Assembly: GCF_036321535.1 (NCBI RefSeq)
Contig: NC_087436.1
Location: forward strand, 58,034,001-58,098,000
Direction of reading: 5' to 3'
Source: Camelus dromedarius
Taxonomy: Eukaryota
DNA: 64,000 nt
Position 1 is the stretch's first letter, and every line of letters starts with the position of its first letter. The notes beneath the pieces were generated by a model, which saw only the letters and a list, made by a program, of their open reading frames with translations, was not told the DNA's origin and did not search any database. The position numbers were made by a program, and so were the translations under genes. This document shows positions 1 through 12,799 of this stretch, piece after piece.

Positions 1-464
1 TCTGTTTTAAAATACTGATTAAATGAATTGTTTATTTTCTAGGTAAAAACCGTTCTTTGGCCTCTTTAATACCATTGCCAAGTTGAAGCAATTAGAAGAA
101 AATGAGTTTGCAAATATTGCTTGAGACAGATCAAGGGAGAGTGACTGATAGAATAAAGTACATGGCAGAATGACAGGATAAGAAACATAGGGCAGGTAAG
201 TAAAAAGAAATCTCAGAAAAAAATGATAAATTGCCATCTGTATTCTTTGTCTTTGTTAGTTGAGGCAGAATACAGGGTTTTAATGCAGCATTTTAGGTTA
301 TAACCAGACAGCAATGATATTTTTATCCTACTAACTTCAACTGGTAATCTTCTTGCCAACTCCTACACTTAATTCCAAATTTATCAAGTCAGGAAAAAAA
401 AAAAATAAAACCTTCTTTGAAAGTCACTCCATTCCGAAGTAAATTCTAATCTCTCCCCTGTCAA

Positions 465-575
465 TAACTTGTTCAACCATTTTAGACAAGTCACTGAACC
501 TTCTATGCTGATGTTTTCTCAGCTGTAAAGCTGAGAGAATTTCAATGACCTATCTTGCAGGGTGAGTGAAGAGAG
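465..575 (+). mobile_element. MIR SINE fragment
   Basis: Matches the MIR core (caagtcactgaacctt...ctcagctgtaaa...acctatcttgcagggt). Confidence 0.6.
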
Positions 576-1557
576 CACCTGATAAAAAAGAGGCTCTTTC
601 CAGGGAGGAGGTGCTATGTACAAAAAGAATGGTAGCAACTTTGCCTCTTGGCATAGAATATAGAGAGGAAAGATGCAACAACTTCCCAACGCCTTAGGCA
701 AGTGGTATGTGATCTAAGTGTGCCAAACGGAAATTCAGATCCTCCACCAGCAAAGACAATTGCTTTCATTTCCTATTAATAAGAAATATGTTTCTTTGCC
801 AAGGTATTGATAATGTAGAACAAATCTAGAGCCATAGAATTCAACTGTCTTTATTTTTTACACACTTATTAATAAGTTTTAATAAAGTCCTTCTAGCATT
901 TGTAGTCTAATGATGTTATTACCAGCAACAGCCATTATTCATGCCAAATTAAGACACTCAAACATTGTAGTAGTCAGTTTAAAACTACATTTGCTGCATT
1001 AAGAGTGATGTGGAGAACTATTTTCTCTGAATGTGTTTACTCACAGCTGAAAATCCCTCAATGGTATGACCTTTATATTCACCATTTAAAAAGCTTAACA
1101 ATACTTTCCCCCAGCAGCTTAGAGGAGAAGATAATTCTTTCCCAAGAGGAAAAAAAAAAAAAATGCTGCAATGCTGGTTGGAGAAATGAAGGCGAGGATA
1201 ACGACAGCAATAACAGGCCAAGTAATTACGCTAATTGTTTATCTGTTTGTAAATGCAGGCACTCAATATTTACCATGTTCAGTTTTTGTCTAATACTACC
1301 ATTTTCATACCTGTAGCTTCAATCAGGATAGGAGTATCTAGTCTCAAATGAGAAATAACCTCTTACTAATTTAATGCAATAATTGAATTCATTCACCTTT
1401 AACCTAAATATCTAAAAATAAACAATTTAGTTGGGAGAAAAAAACCTGAACATATTTTCAGTTGTTCTTTGCAAATTGTTGTTAAGCATCTGCACACACA
1501 CACACCATGCACACACACCAGGTATTATTCTTTGTCTGGTCAAGGACTGACTTCACT

Positions 1558-1571
1558 GTTCCCATGGCAAC
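1558..1571. promoter_or_regulatory. RFX X-box motif
   Basis: GTTCCCATGGCAAC exactly fits GTTNCCATGGNAAC. Function unproven. Confidence 0.45.
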
Positions 1572-3389
1572 CCTGTTTGTTCAGTGCTCTCTTTCAGCAG
1601 CTGCTGATTACACTTTGAATTTTATTTGCATTCATGATTAAGGAGGAGTATAAAAGACTGAGGTAAAAAAAAATTTAAAGAGCAATAAGAGGATAAAAGA
1701 CATTTCAATCAATGATTCTCTGCAGCTTCAATTAAAAATAAGAATAAGAGGAGATACCAGGATTTCAGAAACTTTTATTTAATGGTTGACTGGCTATTAC
1801 AACAATATTAAATGAAGATGCCACTACCATCCTGAACTTTCGCCATTTTGCAAGGCCGTACACTATTAGCTATAAGATCATATAGACAATTTTTGTTTTC
1901 TAGTAATGATTGCTCTGCTTTCAAAAATAATAAATGCATATTTCTGTTCTAGGACTGGATTAAGATAAAAGAAAAAAATATTTAGTACAGCATAATTTCT
2001 TGAAATCATGCAATGTACTTTCAGGAAGGATGCTCTTTGATATTAAATGTCACTTATCCTTGGGCTTTTTATGTTCACAGGGATTTATTCTACCAATTGT
2101 AATATAGAAAGAGAAAGTACAATAATTACTAGTGATTAATAGAGCATAAATAGAAAGGCAAGAACTCTGTGGAAACATGGAATTTTACTGGGTAAGACTA
2201 TGATTTTGACTAACTTTGGGCATATGTGTTGTTCTGGTATTTAAGAAAATGGGAAAGAATCGTATCTTTCTGGAAATATTGAAAGAAAATATTTTCAGTT
2301 ATACCACTTTAAAGTCATAACATTTTTCATTTCCCTACATTCCCCTGATACAATTCTAAAAAGATAAATATTTTATTTTCTGTGTAATAGTGATAAACAC
2401 ATTTAATGACTTTATTCTGCTGGCGGCTTTTGTCTTTGGACAAATTTTGTGCTGTAAAAGTCATATTAATGCATTAATGGTTTTTAGAGAGACTACTTTC
2501 AGATTCTTATTTATTAATTTAATACTAATGAAGTACAAATCAACAAAATAATATTTTGAATTGCAATTAATGAAAGAACAAGGAAAACAGGGAATCAAAA
2601 TAAAATATACAAAATTGTGATCTTTTGTTACTTTTGATAATACCGAATTGTATGTATATATCCTAGATAATTAGATATTTAATTACTTTCATGAGAGTTT
2701 TGTATTCTTACCTGTTATATAACACAATGACAATGTAGTGGGAGGCAAAACCAAGCTACTCATGTATTATTCTGAAATTCCCTGTATTTTTAAGTTTTCC
2801 ACTTTAAGAAAAATATAACTCGTTTTAAAACAGAATAATACTTTTATATACTATGCTAATTTAATGTGGAAATTAAAGTCTCAGTCCACCATTACTTTGT
2901 AGAGCCTTTAGTTCCCACCGTTTTAGTGCTGTAATAAATTACTATTATTAGAGGTGTTGCTCTGTTTAACTTGTCCTTGTAATACAGAGATATTCACCCA
3001 GGTGTTGTGTTCTGCTTTAGCTAGCAGCCGCTAAAGAAATCAAGGCCTTTTAATAAACCCAAGGGCCAAGTTGAAAATTTTTCTTCATAAGTTCAAGTTT
3101 TCTCCATCATACTAGATGCCAGTGGATCAAAACTTTCTTCCTAATTCTTTCTTAATTTTATTCAGATAACACTATGCTCCAGAAAAGGAAATGTCAAAGG
3201 CTGCCTCTACCTCAGACCCATAACTGTCTCTTTCCATAACAAAGAGTGCAGAGTCTGTTTTCTTTAAGAAAAATAAGGAATTTGCTTTCTTTTCCCTTAA
3301 CTATCTTACTGTAAAGAGTGTCTCATTTCCCCTATGTTCCTCCCAGCTGGAAAGGTTTATAATAAGTGCCCAAGAACTTTTCTACATAT

Positions 3390-3392
<3 letters not shown>

Positions 3393-3436
<44 letters not shown>
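3393..3436. repeat. (CA)22 microsatellite
   Basis: Read directly from the sequence. Confidence 0.97.
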
Positions 3437-3437
<1 letters not shown>

Positions 3438-3439
3438 TT

Positions 3440-3887
3440 GATGGGTGTTGGAGGCATTTCTGTAGCCTTTTGTCAAATAACTGTGCTTTCCAGAAGCCAA
3501 TGGCTTGCCATGGACAGGAATTTGTTCAGGAAGTCCCATAGAGAAGAAACCAGATATCCAACTGAGACACCCATCCTCTAGGCAGAGCAGTAGACTCACT
3601 GAAAAGCAGAGAGAAAACTACAGAAACTTAAAAGACGCAGGTACACTAGAAAGCAGAAAAGTGCTGGATACAAGAGGAAGAACAGCAACTTCTCTCCTGC
3701 TTGTGAAATGATAAGTGATTCCTGTATTAGCCAAACATTCAGAATAGACACTGGCTGGTACTCAGATATTGAATCTTGGCATAGGCTTCTAGTCAGCCGA
3801 GAGTGGTGCACAGGTGACTTACTGAGAATGACAGTGGGCACCATCATCCTAAGTGGGTCACCCAACATACTCAGCAAAGACCCTTTA
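3440..3887 (-). pseudogene. Pseudo-exon with hydrophobic TM-like segments
   Basis: gttccttttccag| acceptor opens ~96 stop-free codons ending LLFFLLYPALFCFLVYLRLLSFCSFLSAF. A second ORF (VSLLLCLEDGCLSWISGFFSMG) overlaps at 3596-3599, or a gtgagt donor is used there. Confidence 0.4.
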
Positions 3888-4419
3888 CTGGAAAAGGAAC
3901 ACTGTTTAACCTATTAGCCTACATATCATCAGCATATATTTGCAAACTCTGATTTCCAGGTTAAAAATTTTTACTCCGTTTCTTTCCCAGAACTTCACCT
4001 CTGAGCTGAATTAGAGAAGTCTTTTGGTCCCAGAGTCTTATTTTCTCCTTAAGATAGATGAAGTTTTTGTTTTTCTTGAAGGTACATCTAAATGTTCTAG
4101 GGGAGAAATTACAATAGCCAACCAGGGTGATCCATAAGGTCTGTCTGGGGTGAAAAATCATTGGAAAAGATAGTTTTTCAGTCATCTAGATTATTTAAAA
4201 ACAAGGATTTGACCCTCTGGGAAAAAGTGAATTTACTTCCTATAATGACACTGATCTAATGTTAAATATTATTTTGATTAAATTTTTAGTATAAATCTAT
4301 GTTAAGTACAATAATTCTGATTGTTTTTGAGGTGAGGTGAAGATTTAGTGAATCAGCAATGGTACAAAACCAATGTAGTTCAAATATAATGATACATAAG
4401 CAACTAAATGTCTTTTCTT

Positions 4420-5205
4420 TTTCAAATACTATTTTTTCAGAACCAACTTAGATTTAGAGAAATTTTAAGGAGATAGTATACAGAGGTCCCATATATCCCA
4501 ACTCACTTTCTACAATTATTAACATCTTATGTTAGCATAATACATATATTACAATAATTAATTAACCAATATTGATCCATTATGATTAAGTCCATACTTA
4601 ACTTAGATTTCCTTAGTTTTTGCTTAATGTCCTTTTTCTGTATTGTGATTCGAACCAGGACACCACATTACATTTAGTTGCCATGTCTCTTTTGGCTTCT
4701 CTTGGCTGGCAATTTTGCAGACGTTCCTTATTTTTGATAACCTTGACAGTTTTGAGGAGTAATGGTTAGGTATTTTGTAGGATGCCTCATTACTGGAATT
4801 TTCTGGGATTTTTTAATTCATGATGACTTGTTGATTATTAGTTATTGGAAGGAAGACCAAAGGTAAAGTGTCATTTCCATCACATCATGTCATCCTATCA
4901 AGTGTACATACTACGTACATGATTTATAACTGTTGATATTGGCCTTGATCACCTGATTGAGATGGTGTTTGTCAAGTTTTTCTACAGTGAAGTTACCCTT
5001 TTCCATGCTTTAGACTTTGGAAGGAAGACACTATGTATCTCACACATTTCAGGAGTGGGAAGCTATACTCCCTCTGCTTGAGGGTGGAATAGCTACAAAA
5101 TTATTTGGGGTTCTTCTACTTGGGAAATTTGTTTCTTCTCTCCCATTAATTTATTCAATCATTTACTCATCAGAATGGACTCATGGGTATTTATTTTATA
5201 CTTTG
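4420..5205 (-). mobile_element. L1MC-type (L1MC4-like) 3' region
   Basis: Typical text: aatgtcctttttctg...ccaggacaccacattacatttagttg...ccttgacagttttgaggagta. Confidence 0.75.
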
Positions 5206-5740
5206 GCAATGAAATTTTAGTAGATTCGATTGCAAGACTTAAGGCAAATAGACAAAGCTAAACGACTTAGTGTGAAAACACTTGCATGGTGCATTCTAAA
5301 TGAATATGATTCAGACATCCCACTTGTCAATGAACGATGGAGATGGAAGATGAAGAGGTCTTTCCTCATAAAAAGAGTAAGGAAAATCAGTGAATTATTC
5401 TTATCGAAAACAACTATAATTAAAATGTTAGTATAGGGTTATTCCTCAGAATATTCTTTCAGATACTAAAAGATCTTGAACACAATTTATAATTTTTTAA
5501 AATAAGTATTTAAATCAGCTTCTGAAAACTTTCTAAATCCTTTATATATATATAAAGGAAGGTGGCTTTAAATGGTTATGAGAGTCTCAAATGTTGAAAT
5601 TCCTTCAGCATTCATTTTTTTATCTTGGAAGGTTTCACTATTTCTCTTACTCTACATTGCCCTTTAGGTGAAAGAAAAATGTGCATTTCAGAAGAAATTC
5701 AGTGGAGAATCCTGGCATTTTTATCACAAAAACTAGATAC

Positions 5741-5846
5741 CTGAAGAATGACTGACAGAGATCATTATTGGTCATCACTGGTCATGGCTTAAATGTGCCA
5801 AAGATGTAATATCGTGAGGGAAATAAAGAGAGGAACATGAATGAAA
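5741..5846 (-). pseudogene. Candidate pseudo-exon
   Basis: tcttctaatatttgcag| acceptor and CAG|gtatct donor, 106 nt, hydrophobic translation. Confidence 0.25.
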
Positions 5847-6170
5847 CTGCAAATATTAGAAGAGCATTTGACAGTTATAGCAAAATTTGATTTACTTATT
5901 TAAAGTTTATGACAGTGATTTTTTATTACACAGATTCAAATATACTACAAATGTCAGTGCCTTTTCTGATGACTACCTTATATTCTATAAGACTTCTAAG
6001 CATTCTACATGTGTTTGTATCTTTGACTGCCACTTTTAAAATTAAACATATTTTTTCTAAGACACTGAGTAATTAAGCCTGCTCTTCTCAAAGTTATTTT
6101 ATGTTACTGATACCATACTAAATTCTAAAATATTACAGCATTATGCAGTGCCCAGAACTTCTTTGCTTAC

Positions 6171-6328
6171 GAAACGACTACTCATAACATGGAGTTCACG
6201 GCATGGTCTCCATTTCTTCAGAGTCTATATAAAAACATACATGTGAAAGTAGAAAACCAAAGTATAAGAGAATAATGTTTCAGATAATAAAGTGGTAGGC
6301 AGAATCATTCATAGAATCATCTCCTGAT
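6171..6328 (-). pseudogene. Pseudo-exon encoding a TM-like helix
   Basis: Strong pyrimidine acceptor ...cacctttacag| and TTC|gtaagc donor, 158 nt, phase 1-0. Joins the previous exon in frame. TLFSYTLVFYFHMYVFI; 2 stops. Confidence 0.45.
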
Positions 6329-6478
6329 CTGTAAAGGTGGGATGAGAAATGAGAAAGAGCTGGACAGTGTATAGTGCGTAGTATACTAAGTGAAATGAAG
6401 TCAGTAAATAGAAGTTTTGGACCACTGTGATATAACGGAAGAGACAAGCCATGAACTTGGGGGAACCAAGACACTCAC

Positions 6479-6659
6479 CATAGGAACAGATGTGACAGGA
6501 TGTCAAAGCTAGAGGCACTAGGAGGAAAAAGATGAAGATAAAGACAAAGAAGGCACATAGACAAGGCTAGCCAGACACACGTCTGGAACATCACAGCCCT
6601 TTATTAGTTTGTAGATTTCCGTGGGGCTGTGCATGAGGCCGTGGAGTTATGAGAGATAC
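6479..6659 (-). pseudogene. Pseudo-exon encoding a TM-like helix
   Basis: ttcttctgcctgtttacag| acceptor and ATG|gtgagt donor, 181 nt, phase 0-1. PCLCAFFVFIFIFFLLVPLALTSC; 2 stops. Confidence 0.45.
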
Positions 6660-7216
6660 CTGTAAACAGGCAGAAGAATTAAATAGACTCAAAATTTGCA
6701 ATCTCAGATTTTCTTTAGCTTGTGTATACTGCCTTTTGAGCAGCAGCAGCACAGAAATATCCTTACTGTACCACCTTCATGGACTTCAGAAAAATTCAAC
6801 AGTAGCAAATACAGTCTTTCAGTAACTGTAAAATATGAATGTGCATCTGCTTAAATTATTAGCTACTTTCTCTCCATGTTCATTAGCATTTATTCAATTA
6901 AAAATCTTTTCTTAGTGTCCTAAAGACATAACATAATTGGTGCCCAGGAACTACTAATGTGAATCCTTAGGACATATGCTGCATATTCTAACTTTCCGTG
7001 ACACTAATGATACCTTGCATTGATCAGAAATGCCCTAGAGCACGCACAAGGTTCACATAAGCTCTATCAGGCCACAAGGTCATCATCTACATGATTATGG
7101 CTTGAATACATTTAAGTGATCAGTAATGCACTTTGTAAAAATGCCTAGGTTACCTCAGAAAGTTCAGTATATGCAAGGAAAAATGAGTTAATTAACCAGG
7201 ATGCTTAAACAGCAGT

Positions 7217-7284
7217 AACAACAAAAACCTCCAATTTTCTCTTTGATTTTTCAACAACAAAAACCTCCAATTTTCTCTTTGATT
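7217..7284. repeat. Perfect 32-bp direct duplication (period 36)
   Basis: aacaacaaaaacctccaattttctctttgatt at 7217-7248 and 7253-7284. Confidence 0.95.
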
Positions 7285-9058
7285 AATATAGGCAATGCAA
7301 AGCCAAATATCATTTTAGATTAACCACAGACCAACTTGCACACTTATTCCCGATGGTGCCTGTTGCACATGCTTTTCAAAAGATTTCTTTTCTCCTATAT
7401 TTGAAAGTGGTTCCAGCTGAAGTTATCACAATTAACCAGGGCAGAAGTAAAGCTGTATCCATTCTGATGGGTTTTGGTCTAGTTGCTCCTGCTGATAGTA
7501 ACCATGTACCCTTTCCATTGTTACAGTGTGAAGGAGAGGAACAGGAAAAAACACTGTCTCTAAGATTTACTTCTGACTATGAGAATCCTGCTAAACTTTA
7601 AGGCCAAATTCATGTACCAAAATGTCTGTTACCACCTTGGCCTAAAATTACCCTTCAAATCTTAGACTATGTGCACCAGTCAAAACCCTTTTATTTCTTA
7701 GTTACTGCTGTCATTATTAGTGATGTTTTCTTTAATGTCTTTGTAATCTATATGGAGAGGGTTCACGAATGTATTTCTTTTGTTCTTTCTACTTCCCCAA
7801 GAAGAGACTATGCCAGCACTTCTAATACAATTACAGGATCCTAGAGGTAGCAGGGACTTGGGAGGTCACTTATCCTGTCTTCCTCTTACACAAACAGTGA
7901 AATTAAGTTGCAGAGAAATTTGGTGTTTTGTAGATGCTCAAACAAGTGCTAATCTTCAAATTAAAATAAAAAAGGGATGTTTACCTATACTCTATCAACT
8001 ACACTGAAAAACTAAGGAATGTTCCAGAGTTATGCAATAAGTAGAACAGCTATATATTTTAGGGTCAACAATCTATAGACATAATGCTTTGTACTTTTCC
8101 TACTGTGAATTCTTTACTCATTACTATCTTTAGTTAATTAGATTGGCAAATTTTATCCAACGTTATCAACTGTTTAGATAAAACAAAGGTGAAATCACTT
8201 ATTTCTTACAGAATAAGAGCTGTGTTTTTTTCATTTTCCCAGTTATTTACTATAATTTCATGCCAATACTATGAAAGTGTTAAATTGCACCACCACTACC
8301 CAGTAATCAGAGCCTAATGGAATGCAGAAACTCCCCAATAGAGTGGGACCACAGAGAAATATGAGAGTATTGCTAGTCATAAACAAAAGAAAGTAAATTA
8401 TACTTCATTTCGGTGACAGCTAAAGGCATCTAAAAGCTATGTTTGCTATGTGTTTCGGTTAATTTATTGGTTCTACTGGTTAATTTCCTTATCTTTTTAT
8501 GATTATTTGGAAAATAATAAAGATATTTTTTCCCTGAAGATAGTGATTGTATTTTAAATGAGTTTGATTTCCAGTAATTAAGTATATAATAATTTTCCTA
8601 GAGTATCTGTTTCCATACTAAAATGCATTAGTTTTTTTAATAAGGATTGTTTTACCAAGAGACATAAGAGTAGAGAGTGTACAAGTGACAGGAGAGTACG
8701 AGACTGAATTATGTGGCACTGTGTGTAAATGAGCATCTTGGCAGCATATATAATAGAGAGCGGCTGTGCTGGGATCAATCTGCACTCCTATCATTGGTAG
8801 CAGTATAGAAGATATTTTGGTGTACCAGATATGCATTCCTAGGAGGAGAGAGGTGTTTTAGATCCTAAGAAGGCTAATAAGGCCATCTTGTTTGAGAGGC
8901 TAATGGAGGAACCCTAAATGATCCCCTGAAATAGAGATGCATTGCTTGATCAAAGTAACCATGGGTGAGAGGTCTCTAGTGACAGGAATCTCCCAAAAGC
9001 ACACAGCAGTTCCCGAGGCAGAGAATCATTCTTTAAAAGCTTCCTGGCCCAGTGGGAT

Positions 9059-9584
9059 TATGGTACATATTCTCCAAGGTGGCCCCCAATTATTCTCATC
9101 TCCTAGTAATTATGGCCTTGTGCTATTCCCTACCCTGGAGAGAACGCTGACCTTATAACTTGCTTCTAGTAAACAGAGTACCGATTGTCAGGATGTCACT
9201 CTGGAGGTTAGACTACAAAGAGACGATGGCTTCTGTTTTGAGCTCCCCTTTCATTCACTGGCTGTGAGAGAAGCCAGAGGCCACTTTGTGAGCTGCTCTG
9301 TGGAGTGGCTCATGTGACAAGGAACTGAAGTTGGCTTCATCCAGCGACTATTTGGAGCTGTCAATGGCAATGGGAGGGAGTCTGGAAGTGAATTCTCCCC
9401 GTGTAGCTCAGCTAACAGATAGATATCTTGATTGCAGGCTTGGGAGAGACCCTGAGCTAGAGGTCCAAATGAAGCCAGGCCCAATCTACTAACCCACAGA
9501 AACAATGAGATCATTAATTTTTTGTTGATTTAACCTGCTAAATTTTGGGATGACAGCTTACATAAAAAGCGGACAACTAATACA
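9059..9584 (+). mobile_element. MaLR LTR (MLT1E/F-like)
   Basis: acttgcttcta, cccacagaaacaatgaga and terminal aactaataca. Confidence 0.8.
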
Positions 9585-9600
9585 GGGTTAAAATCAAATT

Positions 9601-9830
9601 TCGAGATTTGCAGATATACTAATATATATAAAATAGATAAACAAGTTCATATTATATAGCACATGGGACTATATTCAATATCTTGTAGTAACTTATGGTG
9701 AAAAAGAACATGAAAACCAATATATGTATGTTTATCTAAGACTGTAGCACTGTGCTGTGCACCAGAAATGGATACAATATTGTAAAATGGACCTACTTCT
9801 ATTATATATATATATAATTTAAAAAAAAAA
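9601..9830 (+). mobile_element. 5'-truncated young L1 3' end with poly-A and TSD
   Basis: Artiodactyl/camelid-type L1 tail. TSD aaaatcaaatt (9590-9600) / aaaaccaaatt (9827-9837). Confidence 0.85.
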
Positions 9831-10439
9831 CCAAATTATGGGAAGCTAGTGCAAGTAACTGGTCTTATATTGTCCTCCACTGTCCCCCACCTGAATCCTG
9901 GTAGAACTTGAGAGACAGGATGAGAAGAAGGGAGAAAAGCTTAGGCTGCCTTTCACACATAGATCTGAGCAGGGGAGAGGAAAAACATTGTCTACTGTAT
10001 CTAGTTACAATTTTTTGATACAGTCTTGTACTGGGAATCTCTTTAATGAATGGTGATTATATTAGTTCTTAAAATGATTGTAAGAATGCATACTATTTAA
10101 GGATAAACTGAAAAATATGTCTGCCATATTTTCAAGGATGGGCTGGGAAGATAACCTTCACTGAATAAATTTTATAGAGAGACTCAGAGGCCAGAATAAA
10201 GATACATTTTTTATTATGTTCTAAGTTGAGTTTGTTTAACATACTGTGTATGCACTGTTCTGGTGTTTTTTTCCATTGAAACTTTAGACAGAGTGAGTTA
10301 TACGCCTTGGTATTCAGTGGGATAGAGTTTGCCCAGGGAAGAAATAAGAAATGTAATATAATGTAAAGCCTGCACTAAATAAAGGTTACACATTTACCAA
10401 GATATGTTTGGTGAGTATATAAGGAAGCATTGTTAGGAT

Positions 10440-10749
10440 AGAAAGCAGTTCAAACCCAACAGCCACGTAGTATATAAAAGTTGCTTTCAATGCAATGCAA
10501 CATTGCAATGCATGCAGCAATGCAACAACTGTGAAAGCTTTCCCAAGCAGAGTGAAATATCGTTGTATTGTGTGCCAGGGATTGGATTACTACTATTACT
10601 GGCTTGTTTATTCTGAGTTTTTAATCCTTCAAGTCTGTAGCACCAAAGCTTGGTTTTAGACAAATACAATGCGGACATACAGAGTTTAAGTACAAACAAC
10701 TCAAACCACACAGGACGGACTGACTGCCTTGCCTGTTGTCTTCCATTAA
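10440..10749 (-). pseudogene. Candidate pseudo-exon
   Basis: gttttcag| acceptor followed by 86 stop-free codons (NGRQQARQSVRPVWFELFVLKLC...). No clear donor. Confidence 0.3.
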
Positions 10750-10859
10750 CTGAAAACTACCTTTTTTTGTCCTTAGAGCTTTTTGTTTAATTTGTCTAAA
10801 TCTGCTTTGATGTTAAATGTTACTGAAAACATGTTATGCTGCTTCATTCTTCTTCTCCT

Positions 10860-11172
10860 ATGTTGTTTCCCTGCCTGGATATCCCTGTACACCTTCCCAC
10901 ACAGCATCAACCCAGCAGACCGCTAGACATTCCTCCAGACCAGCTGAAAGGCAGCTCAAAGGTTTTCTCCTCTGTGAAGACAAGCCTCCAAGGCAGAACT
11001 GATCATTTATCTTGCATAGGTACTTTGCATATTGCCATTACAGTACCGATCATAGTTTATGACTATGTTTGTCTATGTTCAACATTAATCACAATAAGCA
11101 GAGGGCTTGGCACATAGTCGTTTCCCCCAAACATGTATGCTGGGCCAACGTAAGATGAGTGAATTAATAAAT
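10860..11172 (+). mobile_element. L2 3' end fragment
   Basis: gcttggcacatagt...gaattaataaatg, L2 tail pattern. Confidence 0.5.
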
Positions 11173-11346
11173 GGCATAAAATGTATAGACTCTTCCCTGA
11201 TTTCTTTGTTTCTGTCTTCCTAATGTGTGCAAGTACAACTCCATATAGGGTCTTATCAACCAGAATAGGGTGAAAATTACTTCAATTAATGCAGTCTAAG
11301 ATTTTGTGAACCTTTTTAAACTAGCAGTCAAGGTGGTTAGTCTGTT

Positions 11347-12045
11347 TGTTCAAATTAATGTTTAGGACCTTTGAATTTATCCTTTCCTAAAGTGAGCTCT
11401 GGCCTTTGCCCTCAGCTAGCGGAGGTGATCACTAGACCCTGGGAATGTGATACCTGATTGGAATATCTTTGATTTCCTGGGGGCCATGGGTCATGTTGGA
11501 TAGACTGCCAATATGATTTTAGGGTGAGAGTTGGTCATATCAGATAGTAGTTAGGGTGGGGACTGACCATGCCAGAAATAGTATGATTTAGAGCCAGAGC
11601 TTTGGTCCATGCAACTAGACCTCTTGAGATCAACCACGGGGACAATCAATCATGCCTACATAATAAAGCCCTAATAAAAATTCTGGACATTGAGGCTCAA
11701 GTGACCTTTTCTGGATAACAATTCTCTATGTACGTTGCCTCACATCAATGCCAAAAACATAAGGCTGCCTGGAATCCACAAGGAGAGGACAACAGAAGTT
11801 CCATGTTTGGTACTTTCTTAGACTCTGCCTTAAGAGTTTCTTCCTTTGGAGGATTTTATCTGTATCGTTTCTCTATAATAAAGCAGAACCAAGAGTATAA
11901 AGCTTTCTGTGAGTCCTTGTAGCAAATTATCAAACCTGAGGGAGGTTTTGGAAACATTCTGAATTTGGAGTTGGTGTCAGAAGTGAGGGTAATCCTAACG
12001 TGGACTGTGGTCCCTTTAACTTCACAGTTGGCTATAACTTTCCAC
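11347..12045 (+). mobile_element. Solo LTR, MER21C-like
   Basis: caatcaatcatgcctac, gtgagtcctt...aaattatcaaacctgaggg and gttggtgtcagaagtgaggg. Confidence 0.75.
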
Positions 12046-12178
12046 AAGGGCAAATATGTGTGTGATACTGGATATAGATATTTAGATGAACATGAATCAT
12101 GGCGAGATAACAGTTTTTTTTTCCACTTGACACAAGTTCTAAGGATTTGGTGATGTCAATTAATATCAATGTCATATT

Positions 12179-12376
12179 CATAGAAAACAATCTTATGGCT
12201 ACCAAAGGGGAAAGGGAGATGGGGAGAGATAAGTTTGGAGTTTGGTATTAGCAAATACAAAATACATATATTATATATAAAATAAACAAGGTCCTACTAT
12301 ATAGCCCAGGGAACTATATTCAATCCGTAATAAACTATAATGGAAAAGAATATACACATACACACACATGTGTGTG

Positions 12377-12415
<39 letters not shown>

Positions 12416-12487
12416 TGAATCACTTTGCTGTACACCAGAAACTAACAGACCATTGTAAATCAACTATATGTCAATTAAAAAAAAATA
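12179..12487 (+). mobile_element. 5'-truncated L1 3' end with TSD and internal (TA)16
   Basis: cagggaactatattcaa...gaatcactttgctgtacaccagaaact. TSD aatgtcatatt at 12168-12178 and 12488-12498. Confidence 0.9.
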
Positions 12488-12799
12488 AATGTCATATTGT
12501 ATAACAAAAATAAGACCTGTAGTGGCCTTCAGGACAGAAAGACCTGAAAGAGCTGATGAACTTGGAAGATATTGTTCTTTAATAAAAAGTGTGGTTATAG
12601 CAGCTGTACCTCAACCCATGGGTGCCAGCCTATTTTTATAGCTTAAATTTTTGGTCATTTCTGAGAAACGGGACTCAATTTCTAAATTATATTTAGCATA
12701 AATTCTATCTTTCAGCCTCAATATTATACAATGCTTTCCTTCTGTGGACATCTCCTTAATAAGAGAAAATAAAACTATGACTGTACCTACAAAAAAAGG

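Noticed and set aside
5538..5559. 22-bp perfect palindrome tcctttatatatatataaagga
   Set aside because: Mostly a (TA)n core; likely chance.
6479..6517. 39-nt neural-type microexon of a live gene
   Set aside because: Its apparent pyrimidine tract is better explained as Phe/Leu/Ile codons of a larger exon starting at 6659, and I recognise no host gene. Not fully excluded.
7217..7284. CRISPR-like repeat
   Set aside because: Only two copies with a 4-bp gap, in eukaryotic DNA.
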